From Felis catus (Eukaryota): a DNA stretch of 64,000 nucleotides. Below the pieces are notes generated by a model. The model did no database searches. It saw nothing but the letters and a program-made list of their open reading frames with translations, and was not told the DNA's origin. This document shows positions 38,220 through 51,535 of this stretch, in pieces. Position numbers and translations under genes: made by a program. Location of the stretch: positions 47,804,001 to 47,868,000 of the forward strand of contig NC_058368.1 of assembly GCF_018350175.1 (NCBI RefSeq). Reading direction: 5' to 3'. Every line of letters begins with the position of its first letter. The stretch's first letter is position 1.

Positions 38220-38515
38220 GGGATGCCTGGGTGGCTCAGTCAGTTGAGCATCTGACTTCAGCTTAGGTCATGATCTCGCAGTTTGCGAATTTGAGCCCCA
38301 CATTGGGTTCGCTGCTTTTGGATCCTCTGTCCTCCTGTCTCTGCCCCTGCCCCACTTGTGCTCTCTCTCTCTCTCTCTCTCAAAAGTAAACAAAACATTA
38401 AAAAAATTTAGAAATGAAAATCTAGGGGTGCCTAGGTGGCTCAGTCAGTTGAGTGTCCGACTCTTGGTTTCAGCTCAGATCATGATCTCAGGGTTGTGGG
38501 ATATGTGTATATATA
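38220..38515 (+). mobile_element. Two tandem Can-SINEs (38220-38405; partial 38425-38515) at one target site, downstream of a MIR (~38000-38200)
   Basis: Three copies of agaaatgaaaa(c/t)c(t/c)agg. Confidence 0.88.
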
Positions 38516-39544
38516 AAGAAATGAAAACCCAGGCATGATCAATAACTAATTAATTCCTATCCACTCTTGGATGGTTCCCAGCTGTAATTTATATCCCAAA
38601 TTAGATTGCTTTTGAAGAAAATTTAAATGCACAGAGTTACAATAAGCACTATTGTTAGTCTATGGTACTTCTTGACCAGCTTTTCTGTAAATATTAAAAT
38701 AACAAATATATTCCCTCAGATATTCTTGGTCTTAGAAACGTCCATTATTTTAGGTTTAGGGAGGTAAAATGAAGTCTCTAGAAAACATATTGAAAGGGAA
38801 TAGTACTGTTTTGCACCTAGACTATAACAAATATGTTATTTTGTCACCATATCACATAGAATGCTCATGTCTCTAGATATGTTCTTCTATTAAAGCAAAG
38901 CAAAATATGTCACGGCTTGTTTGAACTTCAGACCAGCAGGTAGGAACCCGGTGACCTGACTTACCAGTAGGGAATGCTTTAAAAAACAAGTCTTGATAAT
39001 AATGTTTACACTGCTGTGCTTTGAAGGAAACATGTCACTTGTGTTATACACCAAAAGTGCTTTCAAATGAGAATCAGTTTCACATGTGACCTTAAAGAGA
39101 ACACAACCTAATCCAAGTCTGAATAACTCAGGTGTTGAGAGGGTAGAACAGATGAGGTCACCACAGGCCAGTCAGTTCTACTCTATGCTGTGGCCTGAGA
39201 CTCCACCTCTGAGCCAGGCCAACCAGGAGAAACAGTGTGGAGGATCAGTGCTGACTACAAAAACAGCTCAAATACAAGTCTTAGTGATAAGTCAAGCTTT
39301 GTCTTTGTATATGGAAGATTGTACCAGGAAACTTTTAAACTTACATGGTTTGTAAGAAACAAACAAAAAAAAAACAACAAAAAAAAAAGAGAAAAGAAAA
39401 AAGAATATAAAAAACTTTTTTGATATATTTTTAAGTAGGTTCCTTAGTTATACCAAAGCCAGACAGGTAGGTTTAATGAACTATAAGTATAGGCATGATG
39501 AATTTCAACACAATGTCATGGGTGTGATTCTTTAGACACATTCT

Positions 39545-40026
39545 TTTTTTTTTTTTTTTTTTTTTTTAATTTTTTTTCAATGTTTATTTATTTTTTTGGG
39601 GGGGACAGAGAGAGACAGAGCATGAACAGGGGAGGGGCAGAGAGAGAGGGAGACACAGAATCGGAAACAGGCTCCAGGCTCTGAGCCATCAGCCCAGAGC
39701 CCGACGCGGGGCTCGAACTCACGGACCGCGAGATCGTGACCTGGCTGAAGGCGGATACTTAACCGACTGCGCCACCCAGGCGCCCCTCTTATTTTTTTTG
39801 AATATATATTTTAACATGTTTATTTATTTTGAGAGAGAGAGAGAGAGACAGAGCGAGCAAATGAGTGGAGGAGGGACAGGGAGAGAGGGAGACACAGAAT
39901 CTGAAGCAGGCTCCAGGCTCTGAGCTGTCAGCATAGAGCCTGACACAGGGCTCGAACTCAAAGACCATGAGATCATGACCTGAGCTAAAGTTGGACACTT
40001 AACTGAGTGAGCCACCCAGGTGCCCC
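39545..40026 (-). mobile_element. Young SINE (39545-39786) in the tail of an older SINE (39788-40026)
   Basis: Outer TSD tcatgggtgtgattctt at 39516-39532 and 40027-40043. Confidence 0.93.
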
Positions 40027-40173
40027 TCATGGGTGTGATTCTTAAACTTGAGATTACTATAACATTTTAGGTTATATGGTTATTAGTATTAGCAAAGTAT
40101 GGTTAGAAATTTTCTGAAACCAGCTTCTCCCTCATTCCAGTTCTAATTGGTCAGTCTTTTAGGTGATGCCAAA

Positions 40174-40217
<44 letters not shown>
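40174..40217 (+). repeat. (TG)n microsatellite
   Basis: Seen directly. Confidence 0.97.
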
Positions 40218-40219
<2 letters not shown>

Positions 40220-40291
40220 CCAAGAGCCTCTTATCAATGGTATTAGTAAGTAGAGAATATGTGAATTGTATCCAGTAAAGAATTTCAAGTT

Positions 40292-40505
40292 GGGGGTGCC
40301 TGGATGGCTCAGTCAGTTAGGCCTCCGACTCTGGATTTCAGCTCAGGTCATGATCTTGCAGTTTGTGAGATCAAGCCCCACATTAGGCTCTGCACTGATG
40401 GCATGGAACCTGCTTGGGATTCTCTCTTTCTCCCTCTCTCTTTGCCCCTACCCTGCTCATGTACACGCTCTCTCTAAACAAATAAATAGACTTAAGAAAA
40501 AAAAA
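40292..40505 (+). mobile_element. Can-SINE
   Basis: SINE body; TSD aaagaatttca. Confidence 0.92.
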
Positions 40506-40535
40506 GAATTTCAGGTTGTATTGGTATAGTATTGC

Positions 40536-40735
40536 TGTGCATTGAATTGTGTCTTCCAAAAGGTTATGTTCGATTCCTAACCTCCTGCAAATGTGACCTT
40601 ATTTGGAAATAGGGCCTTTGTGATGTGAGTTAAGATGAGGTCGTATTGGAGCAAGATGGACGCTAAATCCAGTATGACTGGTGACCTTATAAGAAGAGTG
40701 AAAAAGACACATGCAGAGAAGAGAATGCCATGTGA

Positions 40736-40769
<34 letters not shown>

Positions 40770-40958
40770 ACACACACACAGAAGAAGGCTGATGATGGAG
40801 GCAGAGATGGAAGAGAAGCAGCTTCAAGCCAAGGGGTACACAGGCTGCTGGCAACCACCAGGAGATAAGCAGAAGCAAAGAAGGATCTTCCCCTAGAGCC
40901 TTCAGAGAGAGCATGGCCCTGTACATACCTTCATTTTGTGTTTTAACCTCCAGTCTGT
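40536..40958 (+). mobile_element. MaLR solo LTR (MLT1B/C-like)
   Basis: ttgaattgtgtc..aatgtgaccttatttggaaatagggcctttg..cccctagagccttcagagagagcatggccctg. Confidence 0.88.
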
Positions 40959-40959
40959 T

Positions 40960-41340
40960 TCTGGAAAGAGACTCTGAGTGAAAGTTAGTGTGTGAGATGT
41001 TTATTACGAATTAATACTTGAGGAAGGAAAGTGCAGAAAGCAAGTATGGGCAGAGAAAGAGGTCAAATTGGAATATAGATCTAATTAAACTTTGGCCATC
41101 CCAGCGGGGAGCTCTGGAGTGAATCATTCTTGTTTCATGTTGGGTCTAAATGACTGCATCTTTATATCCCTACCTTTCTTAGTCAACACATGTGGGCTTT
41201 CATGGGAAGGGCCTGACCTCTGTCTGCTGATCACACCCCTGTGGCTGGGCAGCAGATCCTTACTTGAAAAGAGATTGCGTGGTACACCTCTGTGTCTTCT
41301 ACACAGATCTAGGTAGCCCACCTGGATCCTGAAGGGAAAC
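40960..41340 (-). mobile_element. ERVL LTR16-like fragment
   Basis: agactctgag..gtttatt..gggcagag..ggggagctctggag pattern. Confidence 0.6.
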
Positions 41341-42065
41341 TGAAGTGTTGGTGGTATTAGGAGTTGTGGGGGAAGTTATAAGGGAGTGTCCTGGGTAAAG
41401 ACTATGGACAATTGGTAGGTAGACTGGTCATGCTGTGTATAGGAGATGTAAATCCAGAGTTTTTCTTCTCAACTTTTTTGATGTGCACCATCTGGTTATC
41501 TTGGAATGTGGACAGTGGACAGATGGAGGAAGCTTTGAACAGCCCCTTCAGCTGTCGGTGTGTCAATTGGGAGATCAGATTAGTAATGGGGTGACTAAAT
41601 GTATAGAGGCAGAAGACCTTTTTGCAAAACAAGGTAATAGAGAGGTGCAGACAGGGAACACAATATAGAGGAAGAGATGTCCATTGTAGGATGCACTGTG
41701 GTCAAAGGAGAGGAAGGTACCATTCTTTCATATATTCAAAAGATGATTCTTGAAGGGTACATGATGATTAGCCAAGTAAAGAGGGAGAAGAAGAGAATTC
41801 TAAGCAGAGGGCCCATGGCACAGGATCCTGCATCTTTGTCATGGCCCTCCATGTCTTCCAGTTTCTCCAGGTTTTCCATTTTCTTTCCATTTGCTGAAGA
41901 GAACAACAGAAACCTCCCTAGAGAGCAAGTGGCCAAGCTGAGTACAGAGGCTGTGTCCTGATGGAACAATTGAAATAAGTTGGTACACAGAACAGGAGGG
42001 CACGTGTGGTGGCAGGTGAGGCTGGAGGTGAGGCAGGGTTCACATGGTGGAGGTTCTTAAAAAAA

Positions 42066-42308
42066 TTTTTTTTTAATGTTTATTATTTATTTTTGAGAAA
42101 GAGAGAGAGAGTGAGAGAGTGTGAGAGAGAGAACGCGAGCGCATGAGTGGGGGAGGGTCAGAGAGACAGGGAGACACAGAATCTGAAGCAGGCTCTGGGC
42201 TCTGAGCTGTCAGCACAGAGCCCGATGCGGGGTTCAAACTCATGAACTGAGAGATCATGACCTGAGCTGAAGTCGGATGCTTAACTGACTGAGCCACCCA
42301 GGTGCCCC
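42066..42308 (-). mobile_element. Can-SINE within a reverse L2 remnant (~41640-42610)
   Basis: SINE body. Confidence 0.92.
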
Positions 42309-42961
42309 TGGAGGCCCTTATATACCGCTTGAGGAAATGTACACTCCTTCTAAGGGCAAAGTGACATTTTTGGATGGCTTAATGAGGGAGTAACATGAGC
42401 AAATTTGTGCTCTAGAAAGATCTCTGAAGTAGAGTGAAAAATGAGTTGGAGGCCTTGAAGTGATTCAGCAAGGAAGACTTAAGTGAGGAGAACTGAAAGT
42501 GAGTCAAAAACAATTGATGATAGATTGGATTTTGAGGGTTAAGAACAGGGAAGGGTCAAGGATGGACATGATTTCTGATAGAGGAACTTGGATAAAATAA
42601 GCTCATCCAGTGTTTGCAAACTTTATACTTGGTTCCATTCTTTTCATCCATGACAGGGATGATGATAAAACATGATTAAAAAAAAAAGAGTCTCTGAAGT
42701 GAAGCAAGTGTAGAAGTATGGGGTATAAAGTTAGCAGATTTGGATCACATGGGCAAGTCAATTGCCTTTGAGCCTCAGTTTCCTCTTTGGTAAAATGGGA
42801 ATAATACTATCTATATCACTATACTGTTGTGAGGGTTAATTGAAAGAATTATTAATGTGTATGAAAGCTTTTAGCCAGTGCTTGATATAGAACTGACATT
42901 TAGATCCCTATTAATTCATTTGTGTGACAGTATAGTCTTTTAAAATATACTGCTAATGTTC

Positions 42962-43458
42962 ATCCGACTTCAGCTCAGGTCGTGATCTTGCAGTTCGCTA
43001 GGTTGAGCCCTGCATTGGGCCCCGTGCTGACAGCTCAGCCCTGGAGCTTGCGTCAGATTCTGTGTCTCCCCCTCTGCCCCTTCCCCACACTCTCTCTCTC
43101 TCTCTCTCTCTCTCTCAAAAATAAACATTAAAAAAAAAGTTCTAAAATATATTGTTAATGTTAACATTATATCACAAACACTTATAGAATATCTACAACC
43201 TGCAAGGCATTGTAGGGGGTAAACAACCTTAAAACCTTATTTTTTTTTTAAGTTTATTTATTTTTTTGAGAGAGAGAGAGCGTGCGCACCAGGGAGTGCA
43301 CCTGCGTTAGTGGAAGAGGGGCAGAGACACAGGGACAAAGAATCTTAAGCAGGCTCCACACTGTCAGAACATTGGGCTCGATCTCTTGGTTCATGAGATC
43401 ATGACCTGAGCTGAAATCAAGAGTCAAATACTTAACTGGCTGAGCCACCCGGGCATCC
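42962..43458. mobile_element. Two Can-SINEs: 42962-43138(+, 5'-truncated) and 43240-43458(-)
   Basis: SINE bodies; the first has TSD aaaatata(c/t)tg(c/t)taatgtt. Confidence 0.9.
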
Positions 43459-43747
43459 AAAGACATTGTTTCTGTTTTTAAGGATTTTGTAGTCTGTTTA
43501 GAAAGATAGGATTTATATATATAGAAAGTGTAAAACCAGTAAAATACCTTTTTTTGGGGGGGGGTGTTCATGTAATACTAGAAATAATGAAATAAGATTA
43601 TAATGAGAGTTGCCAGTTGAATTGATTAGGTGTATTTACTTGGAGAAAGAAGTTGTCCCTTTAATCTGGGGTCCTTAATGAAGGCTTTGAGAAGGAGGTT
43701 GGATTTGAGCTAGATTTTAAAGATGGGTTGGATTTTGTTGTGCAGAT

Positions 43748-44062
43748 CAGGGGTTGACAATCTACTGTCCAGACTGCTGCCTATTTCAGTATGGACTTAT
43801 GGGCTAAGGATGGTGTTTTAAATGGTTGGAAAAAATTTTTGAGAAAGAATATGATTCTTTAATACCTAACATTTATATGAAATTTAAATTCTAACGTCCA
43901 TAAATAAAATTTTATTAGAACACAGATACACCCAGTCCTTTATATATCATCTGTGCGGCTTTGGAGATACAATGGGGTTAGTTGAGTACTTGTGGCAGAG
44001 ACCTGATGGCCCACAAGGTGTAAAAATATTTGTTATCTGGTCCTTTATGGAAAGTTTGCTGA
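43748..44062. mobile_element. MER58B-like hAT-Charlie MITE
   Basis: caggggttgacaa...ataaaattttattagaacacag...ggcccacaa..aaatatttgttatctggtcctttatggaaagtttgctga. Confidence 0.85.
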
Positions 44063-46336
44063 AATCTCATGTAAAGGATGGAGGGAGACATTCTCTGGGC
44101 ACAGAATGCACAGAGTGAGAATGACTCCTTTGAAAGAAACAGAATGGGTGGTCACAAAGGAAGAGGGAATGTACCGGAGCCTCATGGAAGAAGCCAAGGG
44201 AGGGAAGGGCCTGTCTCAAGGGATGCCAAGAGAGTATAGAAAGGCCCCTGAGCAGAGGACATGGAGTTTTGTATTGTTGCCATCGCTTATGAGTTTTGAA
44301 TCCGTGGGAGGAGTGGAGCAGGAGAGCGGGAGGTGAGGGAGCAGAGGCAGAGCCTCAGAAGTCAGGAGGAATCAGGAAGGTTTGGTAGAGAAATACCTGT
44401 GTGGTTCAAGTCTAGTACAGAAGAGAAGAGATCTGTGCATATTTGTGTGCAGAGGGGGAAGAGCCATGTAAGGGGGAGGTTTTAAACAGACTCTGTAGGG
44501 AAAAGCTCTTAGAAGCAGTTGAGATGGGGGAAACACTGAGCCAACCTTTTTTATTTTATCCTTTGACAAGCGTAAGTCATCTTGCTGCAGAAAAGGACCA
44601 TTAGAGTTTTTTCAGCTGCATGTTCCTGTACTCCAAGTTGGGTGACACCCGATGGACCTGGGGAGTCACCGGCTAGAGTTTTTATCTGTTTCAGCTTCCC
44701 CAAACTATTAGCTGTTGGCCTTGGAAAAGTTGCATAACATCTTTTCTCCATTTGCTTACCTGGGAACAGTGGATAATAATATATTCATCAGAAGATTATT
44801 GTGAGAAATAGTGAGATAATTCTGTTGGGAAAATGTCAAAAGCATGGTGACTGGCAATTTGTGCGTTCTCAATAGCAAAAAAATATTAGTACCATCTAAG
44901 TTAAACAGTGGCAACTAATAATGAAAGTCACTATGTTAGGGGACATTTGCTTTCTATCCCAGAGACGGCACATATCACACGTGTCACCATTTCCCATTCC
45001 TGTGACTGCGGTACATTGTTGGTTGATCATAGTGCTCTATCATTGATGCTAGATGTGGCCTCAGAATTTTTTCAGTAAGGTGCTCTAGAAACTACAAACA
45101 ATTAGTTGGAGTTGGCACGTAACTTGAAACGCGTTTTATATTCTGACCTAATGCATATTTAGTTATCTACAACACATGCATGGAATTCTTCCTGGAATTT
45201 TGCCGTTGGGATCAATAGATCTCGACTTGCAGCTTGGAAGTTAAAATGTCAATCTCCTGCGTGGGCTCCTACTAGCCAGTAATGTCCTTTATCTTACGAA
45301 ATAAGGACCATGTTATCATATTTGCCCTCTAGGTAAGGTTTTTAAAAATGTTATCTTTTAAAGGTATCAGTGGCTTGAAATTTCTGAATGAAATTGGAAT
45401 GAAGAGTAACCTAAAATAATACTTTTCTATTTCCTCCAAGCTTCAGGGAACATTTATACCTCATTTGTGAAGACTGAATTCCAAACCATAAAGTTATGGG
45501 GCAAGTTTTCCTCTCATTTGAATACATGTGCCATTAATTGAAATCAAACAAGTGCACATGACTGAGGATAGAAATTTATATTCTCTAACCCTCCCGATAA
45601 AAGATTTGTGCACAAAGCAGATTGCAATTCCTTGCTTTTCAGATTTTTTGTGTCTGTTATGGAAGAATTTTGTTTGTGCTGTGTACGAAGAAAATGCACG
45701 CTACGCTGGAGTGTGGTGATAAGATCATGTTTCTATGGTATCGTTTTTTTCCAAGTATTTCAGTATTTTCAGATGTTATCTTCTTAGCTTTCACAGCATG
45801 CTAGGAAGAAGGAAAGACATGTTGTTCTCACCTAACAGTGAAATTGATGTAAGCAGTTAGTTACCCTATTGCATAAGTGACTGAGCTGCGGATATGGTAT
45901 GAAACCAAATTCTTCTATTCATCAGTCTGTTGAGACCCTGCAGCATTTCTGGTGAATCCATTACTCTCATTTTCTTTTTCTTAGTTGATGACTGCAGAGT
46001 TGACCCTTGCTTATCTGATCTGGGGAAAAAGGGAAAAACAGGACATAATCTCAAATGGTAGATGATACAAAAATAATTTGGATTTGGCGACAGAATATGT
46101 TTTTGTACTTGCATTGGAACCTGGGCGTGTCTGGTGTTCTGGAAATTTATGGCATTCCAATCTGAGTGAATTAACTACCCAAGGAGAGACCCAGGGTGGG
46201 GATATTCTCAAGTGCACCTAGTTTGTCTCTTTTCATTCCCAGCCTACCTGCTGTACCCGTTTTGCTGTATTCTGGACACACAGCCTCATCTCAGACTGAT
46301 GCATTGAATCTGCCTTGTCTTTTTATCTAGATCCCA

Positions 46337-46561
46337 TTTTTTTTTTTAATTTTTTTTTTCAACGTTTATTTATTTTTTGGACAGAGAGAGACAGAGATGA
46401 GTGGGGGAGGGGCAGAGAGAGAGGGAGACACAGAATCGGAAACAGGCTCCAGGCTCTGAGCTATCAGCCCAGAGCCCGACGCGGGGCTCGAACTCACGGA
46501 CCGCGAGATCGTGACCTGGCTGAAGTCGGACGCTTAACAGACTGCGCCACCCAGGCGCCCC
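46337..46561 (-). mobile_element. Young SINEC_Fc-type Can-SINE
   Basis: 17-bp TSD tatctagatcccatttt at 46324-46340 and 46562-46578. Confidence 0.96.
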
Positions 46562-47199
46562 TATCTAGATCCCATTTTGAGACATTTGTTTCATCCCTTC
46601 CCTGGGGTTGGGAGAAAGTGGTATCTTGAATTAGAAATTGTTAATCATTTCTTAAAGTTGTTGTTGTTTTAATGCAAAGGCACTCAGAATGTAGTAAGGA
46701 AATAGATTCTTGTGAATATGTAACAATAAGAAGAATGTAAGAAAGAAATTAAAGCAGTATGGGTGCCAGATAATGACAAGTGAATGAGAGACCTCATGGG
46801 AAAGTGAAAATAAATTTTTACTCTAAATTTTGTGACCGATGAGAGTATTTTCTTTTATGACATTTATTCTCATGTTCATTCAAAAAACAAACATTTCTTA
46901 ATATCTACTCTGTGCCAGGAGCGATTAGTGACTGAATTGATGATAGGAATTGGCTCGTAAACAAATACTAGAAGTTGAAAGTTAAAAGAGCTTGATGGTA
47001 TTTTTGTAAATTCTTTTTTTGATTCATTATTTATTTATCCATAAATTAAATGCATTCATTTATTGAATAAATCTCTGATACATTTATCTTTGATATTAGT
47101 TGAAATAAATATTAATATTTAGCATTAATCAATTAATTTATTTGTCCATAAAAATATTTAAGTACCCCCACCCCCTCAAATAATCAGGAAAATCATACC

Positions 47200-48760
47200 T
47201 TCTAGTTCTGGATAATTTTCTTAAATTATTTTGTTGATGACTTAATTCCATCCATTCCCTCTCTTCTTTTGTTCTGGAACTTTATCATTTGGAAAATGAA
47301 TGTGCTGAACAAATCCTCTGATTTGGACCTAATCTCCCAATTTTCCATCACTGCCTTTGTGCTTTTCTTTAGGGAATATTTTCTCAAGATGACCTTCCAA
47401 TCTTTTTTTGAGTTTTTTTATTTCTGCTCTTTTAGTTTTTAATTTCCAAAGCCTCTTTCTTTATTTCCTGATTTGTTGTTGCTGTTAATTTACCTCTGTT
47501 AGGATGTTAATGGTGCTTTTTTGGTAACATTTCTTCTCATTGCATTCTTTTTCCCACACTATCTTTATTTAAAAAAAATTTTTTTTTTTAAATTTTAGTG
47601 AGTGGGGGGAGAGCCTGTGAGTGGGGGAGAGGGGCAGAGGAAGACAGAGGGGGGAAACTAAACATGCTCCACTCTCAGTGCAGAGTCCGATGCAGGGCTC
47701 AGTCCCCCAACCCTGGGATCATGACCTGAGCTGAAAGCAAGAGTTGGAAACTCAACCAACTGAGCCACCCAGGCACCCCCACTTTTTTTTTTAATGTTTA
47801 TTTTTTTAAATTACTTGTCTTGAGAGAGAGAGTAGGGGAGAGGCAGAGAGACTGGGAGAGAGAATCCCAAGCAGGCTCCATGCAGTCAGCACAGAGCCCA
47901 GTGTGGGGCTCAATTTCACAAACTGTGAGATCGTGACCTGAGGAAATCAAGAGTCGGATGCTTAACCCACTGAGCCACCCAGGCTCAGTTTCCACACTGT
48001 CTTTTGCATTAGATGCCTTCTCAAATGTCTGGTGATCCTTGGTTGTGTGTCCATATTTAAAAGTAGGGCCCTAAAAACTATTTGGAGTCTCTTGGCATGG
48101 AGGTAGGCTTTTCCCACTGTCTGCTTCACTGGACATTTTATTGGAGAACCCATAGTGTCAGAATCTTCAATTCTTTTACCTAAGCCTGGTTATATTCTCC
48201 CAAACAAATCAGTGCTGATCTCTTTCCTGAGGAATATAATTCTGGCTGTCAGCATTTTAGGAGTTGGTGGAAGGAGGCTCAGGGTTTCAGCGTTCATTTT
48301 GCACACTTTCATTTAATCCCTTTGTTTTCAGAATGGTCCCAGTGCTCTTGACTTAGCTTGATGCCCTCTGATCCATAGACATTCTCTACTGTCTCCAGAG
48401 AGTAAGCCTTCAGTTTTCTCTTGGAGTAGGGTAAGAATATGGGAATTTTAATTGCTTTTTAATCACACTTCCAACCAGTCCTCTTGGCTTTTAGTGCTAC
48501 TTTCATCCCTGGTTTAATATTACTCAGTGTTGCCCATTTCCAAAATTTTGGGGGTTCTGTAGTATAATCTCATTAATCCTTGGCTTCCCCACTGTTTGCT
48601 TTCTGAGATCTGCTAAGTCATTTACCACTAACCTTTCTGTTCTTCAGTTTCTAAAATTTAGTAGCTGTCATCATGTCTCTCATTTTCATTGTCCTTTTGA
48701 GTTTATGTGTTAACAAATCCCTTTACTATTGTTTTGGTTGAGTTTGAAAGATGGTGGAGC
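47200..48760 (-). mobile_element. Ancient L1M remnant carrying two Can-SINEs (47579-47780 and 47783-47985, both -)
   Basis: T-rich degenerate L1M-like sequence (tagttctggataattttct..; ctcaaatgtctggtgatccttggttgt); the SINE bodies are clear. Confidence 0.65.
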
Positions 48761-48989
48761 CATATCTCTACCTCTAAATGGATTTTTAAAATTAAGAACT
48801 TTTATTAAATACTCCTCTGCATCATGTGGTCCTGCCTGTGGAGTGCAGAAGGAAGATATGGCAGTGAAGTTATTGACAGACATTGTCCATGTTCAGAGCA
48901 CCATATTAAAACTGGTAGCTGTGGACTAAGCAGGTATTGTCTGGCCTACACAGCATTTAAAATTTTTAATGAGAGTCTTATTCTATAAA

Positions 48990-48990
48990 T

Positions 48991-49029
<39 letters not shown>

Positions 49030-49033
49030 TTTT
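48990..49033 (+). repeat. (ATTT)n microsatellite
   Basis: Seen directly. Confidence 0.95.
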
Positions 49034-49899
49034 TTAAACCTGCATGTCCAGCTTCTTTTTAAAATCAGGCAATCTGTCAATACTGGGTCTGTGTTACTAT
49101 ATGCAGCAATTGGCTGGAAACTGAGAAGATAAAGCATTCCATGTGTGGGCAAGTCCCTTCTATTTCTGACTCCCACCCAGCATGCTTTGCATTTGCATTA
49201 CCTGCCTGGCCCTTGTGGGCAATCTGGACCCGGAGGATAGGAGCACAGTGGACATCATCTTCCTTGGAGGCAAACAGCCAAAAGATAGGGCAACACTGAA
49301 AACCAGATGCAAAGGCAGCAGTGAAAGGGATCCCAGTCCTGTTAGCCTCCACTTTGTCTTAGAGGAATCGTCCAATGGCCTGACACTTTGGTGGATATGG
49401 GATCAGAGCAAGGGAGTGGCTCATGTGAACCAAAAGAATAGTGCACTCCTTGAGGGAAATTCATGTGTTTATCTTCCAGGAGGACTCCATATTTATGTTG
49501 TCTTGCCAGGGACCAGCTGAAGTATAGCTCTCTGATTAAACTCTCTTCTGATAAACATAGTATTTCTCTAGATATATGATATCTAAGCTTACGGTCAAGT
49601 CTTGTTCTGGCCTTAAAGCAATTTTACTCTCTTAGATCATGACACTAGTGATAAGAATAATAACAACAACTGCAACAACAAATCTTTACTGGACACTTAC
49701 TGGTGCCATCAACTGCCATATATATTTTATCAAGGAATCCCCACTAATATGAAAAATAAGTGCTATCTCTTCCCATTTGAGACTTAAGAAGCTGAGAGTT
49801 GAGTAGTTTATCCAAGGTCACGTGATAGCGAGCGAGAGTTAGAATTTGAACCCAGGTCTGTGTGATTCCAAAGCCAACAATTAATACCAGGATTCTGAA

Positions 49900-50330
49900 T
49901 TGGTATGTCTTTACTTTTATCCTGAATTGTCAGGACTCTTGGTTGTGCTGATAAAAACCCATTTTAGCTTAAACAATAAAAGGAAAGGTACTGAAAAATG
50001 TAACCATCTGGAAGGGCAAGGGTCTCACCCCCCCTTAGTGATGACCAAAGAGGAGACCACAATAATGTCAGGTCTCTCTATTTGCCTGTCTTATCTCTGT
50101 TTCCCTCTGAAGCCAGCTCCATTTTCTTCCATGGGAGCCTGGCTCTCTCCATGATGGAGGGGGTGGGGGAAATGTGGACATGCCCATAGGCAATCTTTAA
50201 TTTAGTGACTTGAGAAACAAGCAGTTCCTCACTTGGTATCCCCAGTAAAGAAATCCTGGGAAGACTTACAGTAGTTCTGTTTCATTCATGTGTCCATCCT
50301 TGGCCAGTTGCTGTGTCAGGAGGAGATAAG
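49900..50330 (-). mobile_element. Old MaLR LTR (MLT1-like)
   Basis: tcaggactcttggttg..acccattttagcttaaacaataaaagg..catgtgtccatccttggccag. Confidence 0.5.
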
Positions 50331-50451
50331 ACTCCAAACTGAGTTGTGTAAAAGCCCTTTGTAAGATTGGTAGTATCTGTTAACATAAGGAGGACAAGGA
50401 AAGAGGGATGGATACACAAAATAATAGCTACTCTGCCTCCTTTTGTGTTGA

Positions 50452-50672
50452 TTTTTTTTTAAATTTTTTTTTTCAACGTTTATTTATTTTTGGGACAGAG
50501 AGAGACAGAGCATGAACGGGGGAGGGGCAGAGAGGGAGACACAGAATCGGAAACAGGCTCCAGGCTCTGAGCCATCAGCCCAGAGCCTGACGCGGGGCTC
50601 GAACTCACGGACCGCGAGATCGTGACCTGACTGAAGTCGGACGCTTAACCGACTGCGCCACGCAGGCGCCCC
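50452..50672 (-). mobile_element. Young SINEC_Fc-type Can-SINE
   Basis: CpG-rich; TSD tgtgttgattttt. Confidence 0.96.
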
Positions 50673-50979
50673 TGTGTTGATTTTTAAATACGGGATCTTG
50701 TTTTACAATAAATTTATTTCTTTTATCAGGAAAAAGTAAAAAAACCACAAGGCAAAACATATTTCAGTATTCACAGGATAATCTTAATGTTCTTGTTCAA
50801 AATTCTTAGAGAATACCTCAGTGCTGCTGCCTCCATGTATCATTTTAGCGCCTTTATAGAAACTGATAGACTGGGTTCACTAGGTCACAAACCCTGTTAT
50901 CAGTTACATACACTTGCACCCAAAAGGGGAGAAGTCTTGATTTGGGTGTTTCCAAGAATGCCAAGTTTATTTAAAAAAA

Positions 50980-51535
50980 TTTTTTTTTCAAGATTTTATT
51001 TTTAAGTAATCTGTGCACCCAATGTGGAGCTTGAACTCACAATCCTGAGATCAAGAGTCACATGCTGCACCAACTGAGCCAGCCAGCTGCCCCAAAAGTA
51101 AGCCAAGTTTTACACAACGAAAAGGATGAGTGGATTTAGTGGACTGATGAGCTAAGAGGGAATCACCAAGGAATGATCACCTGGGGGGAAATCTCATCTT
51201 TTTGATGTGTGGCAGAAAGATTCCCAGAGGCTATCGAATGATAGTGTTTTTGGAAAGATGAAAGAGGAAGCCTGTGAGTTAGAACAAAATTCCAGGGAAG
51301 TTTGGGCTACTTGAAAGAGACTTAAAAATAGAAGAAATGAGGGGTCCCTGGGTGGCTCAGTTGGTTAAGTGTCTGACTTCGGCTCAGGTCACGATCTCAT
51401 GGTTCATGGGTTCGAGTCCCACAAAGAGCTCTCTGCACTGGTGGTGCAGACCCTGCTTGGGATTCTCTCTCTCTGCCCCTCCCTCATGCTCTCCCATGCT
51501 CTTTCTCAAAATAAATAAATAAACTTAAAAAAAAG
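50980..51535. mobile_element. Short Can-SINE 50980-51093(-) and Can-SINE 51340-51535(+)
   Basis: SINE bodies. Confidence 0.88.
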
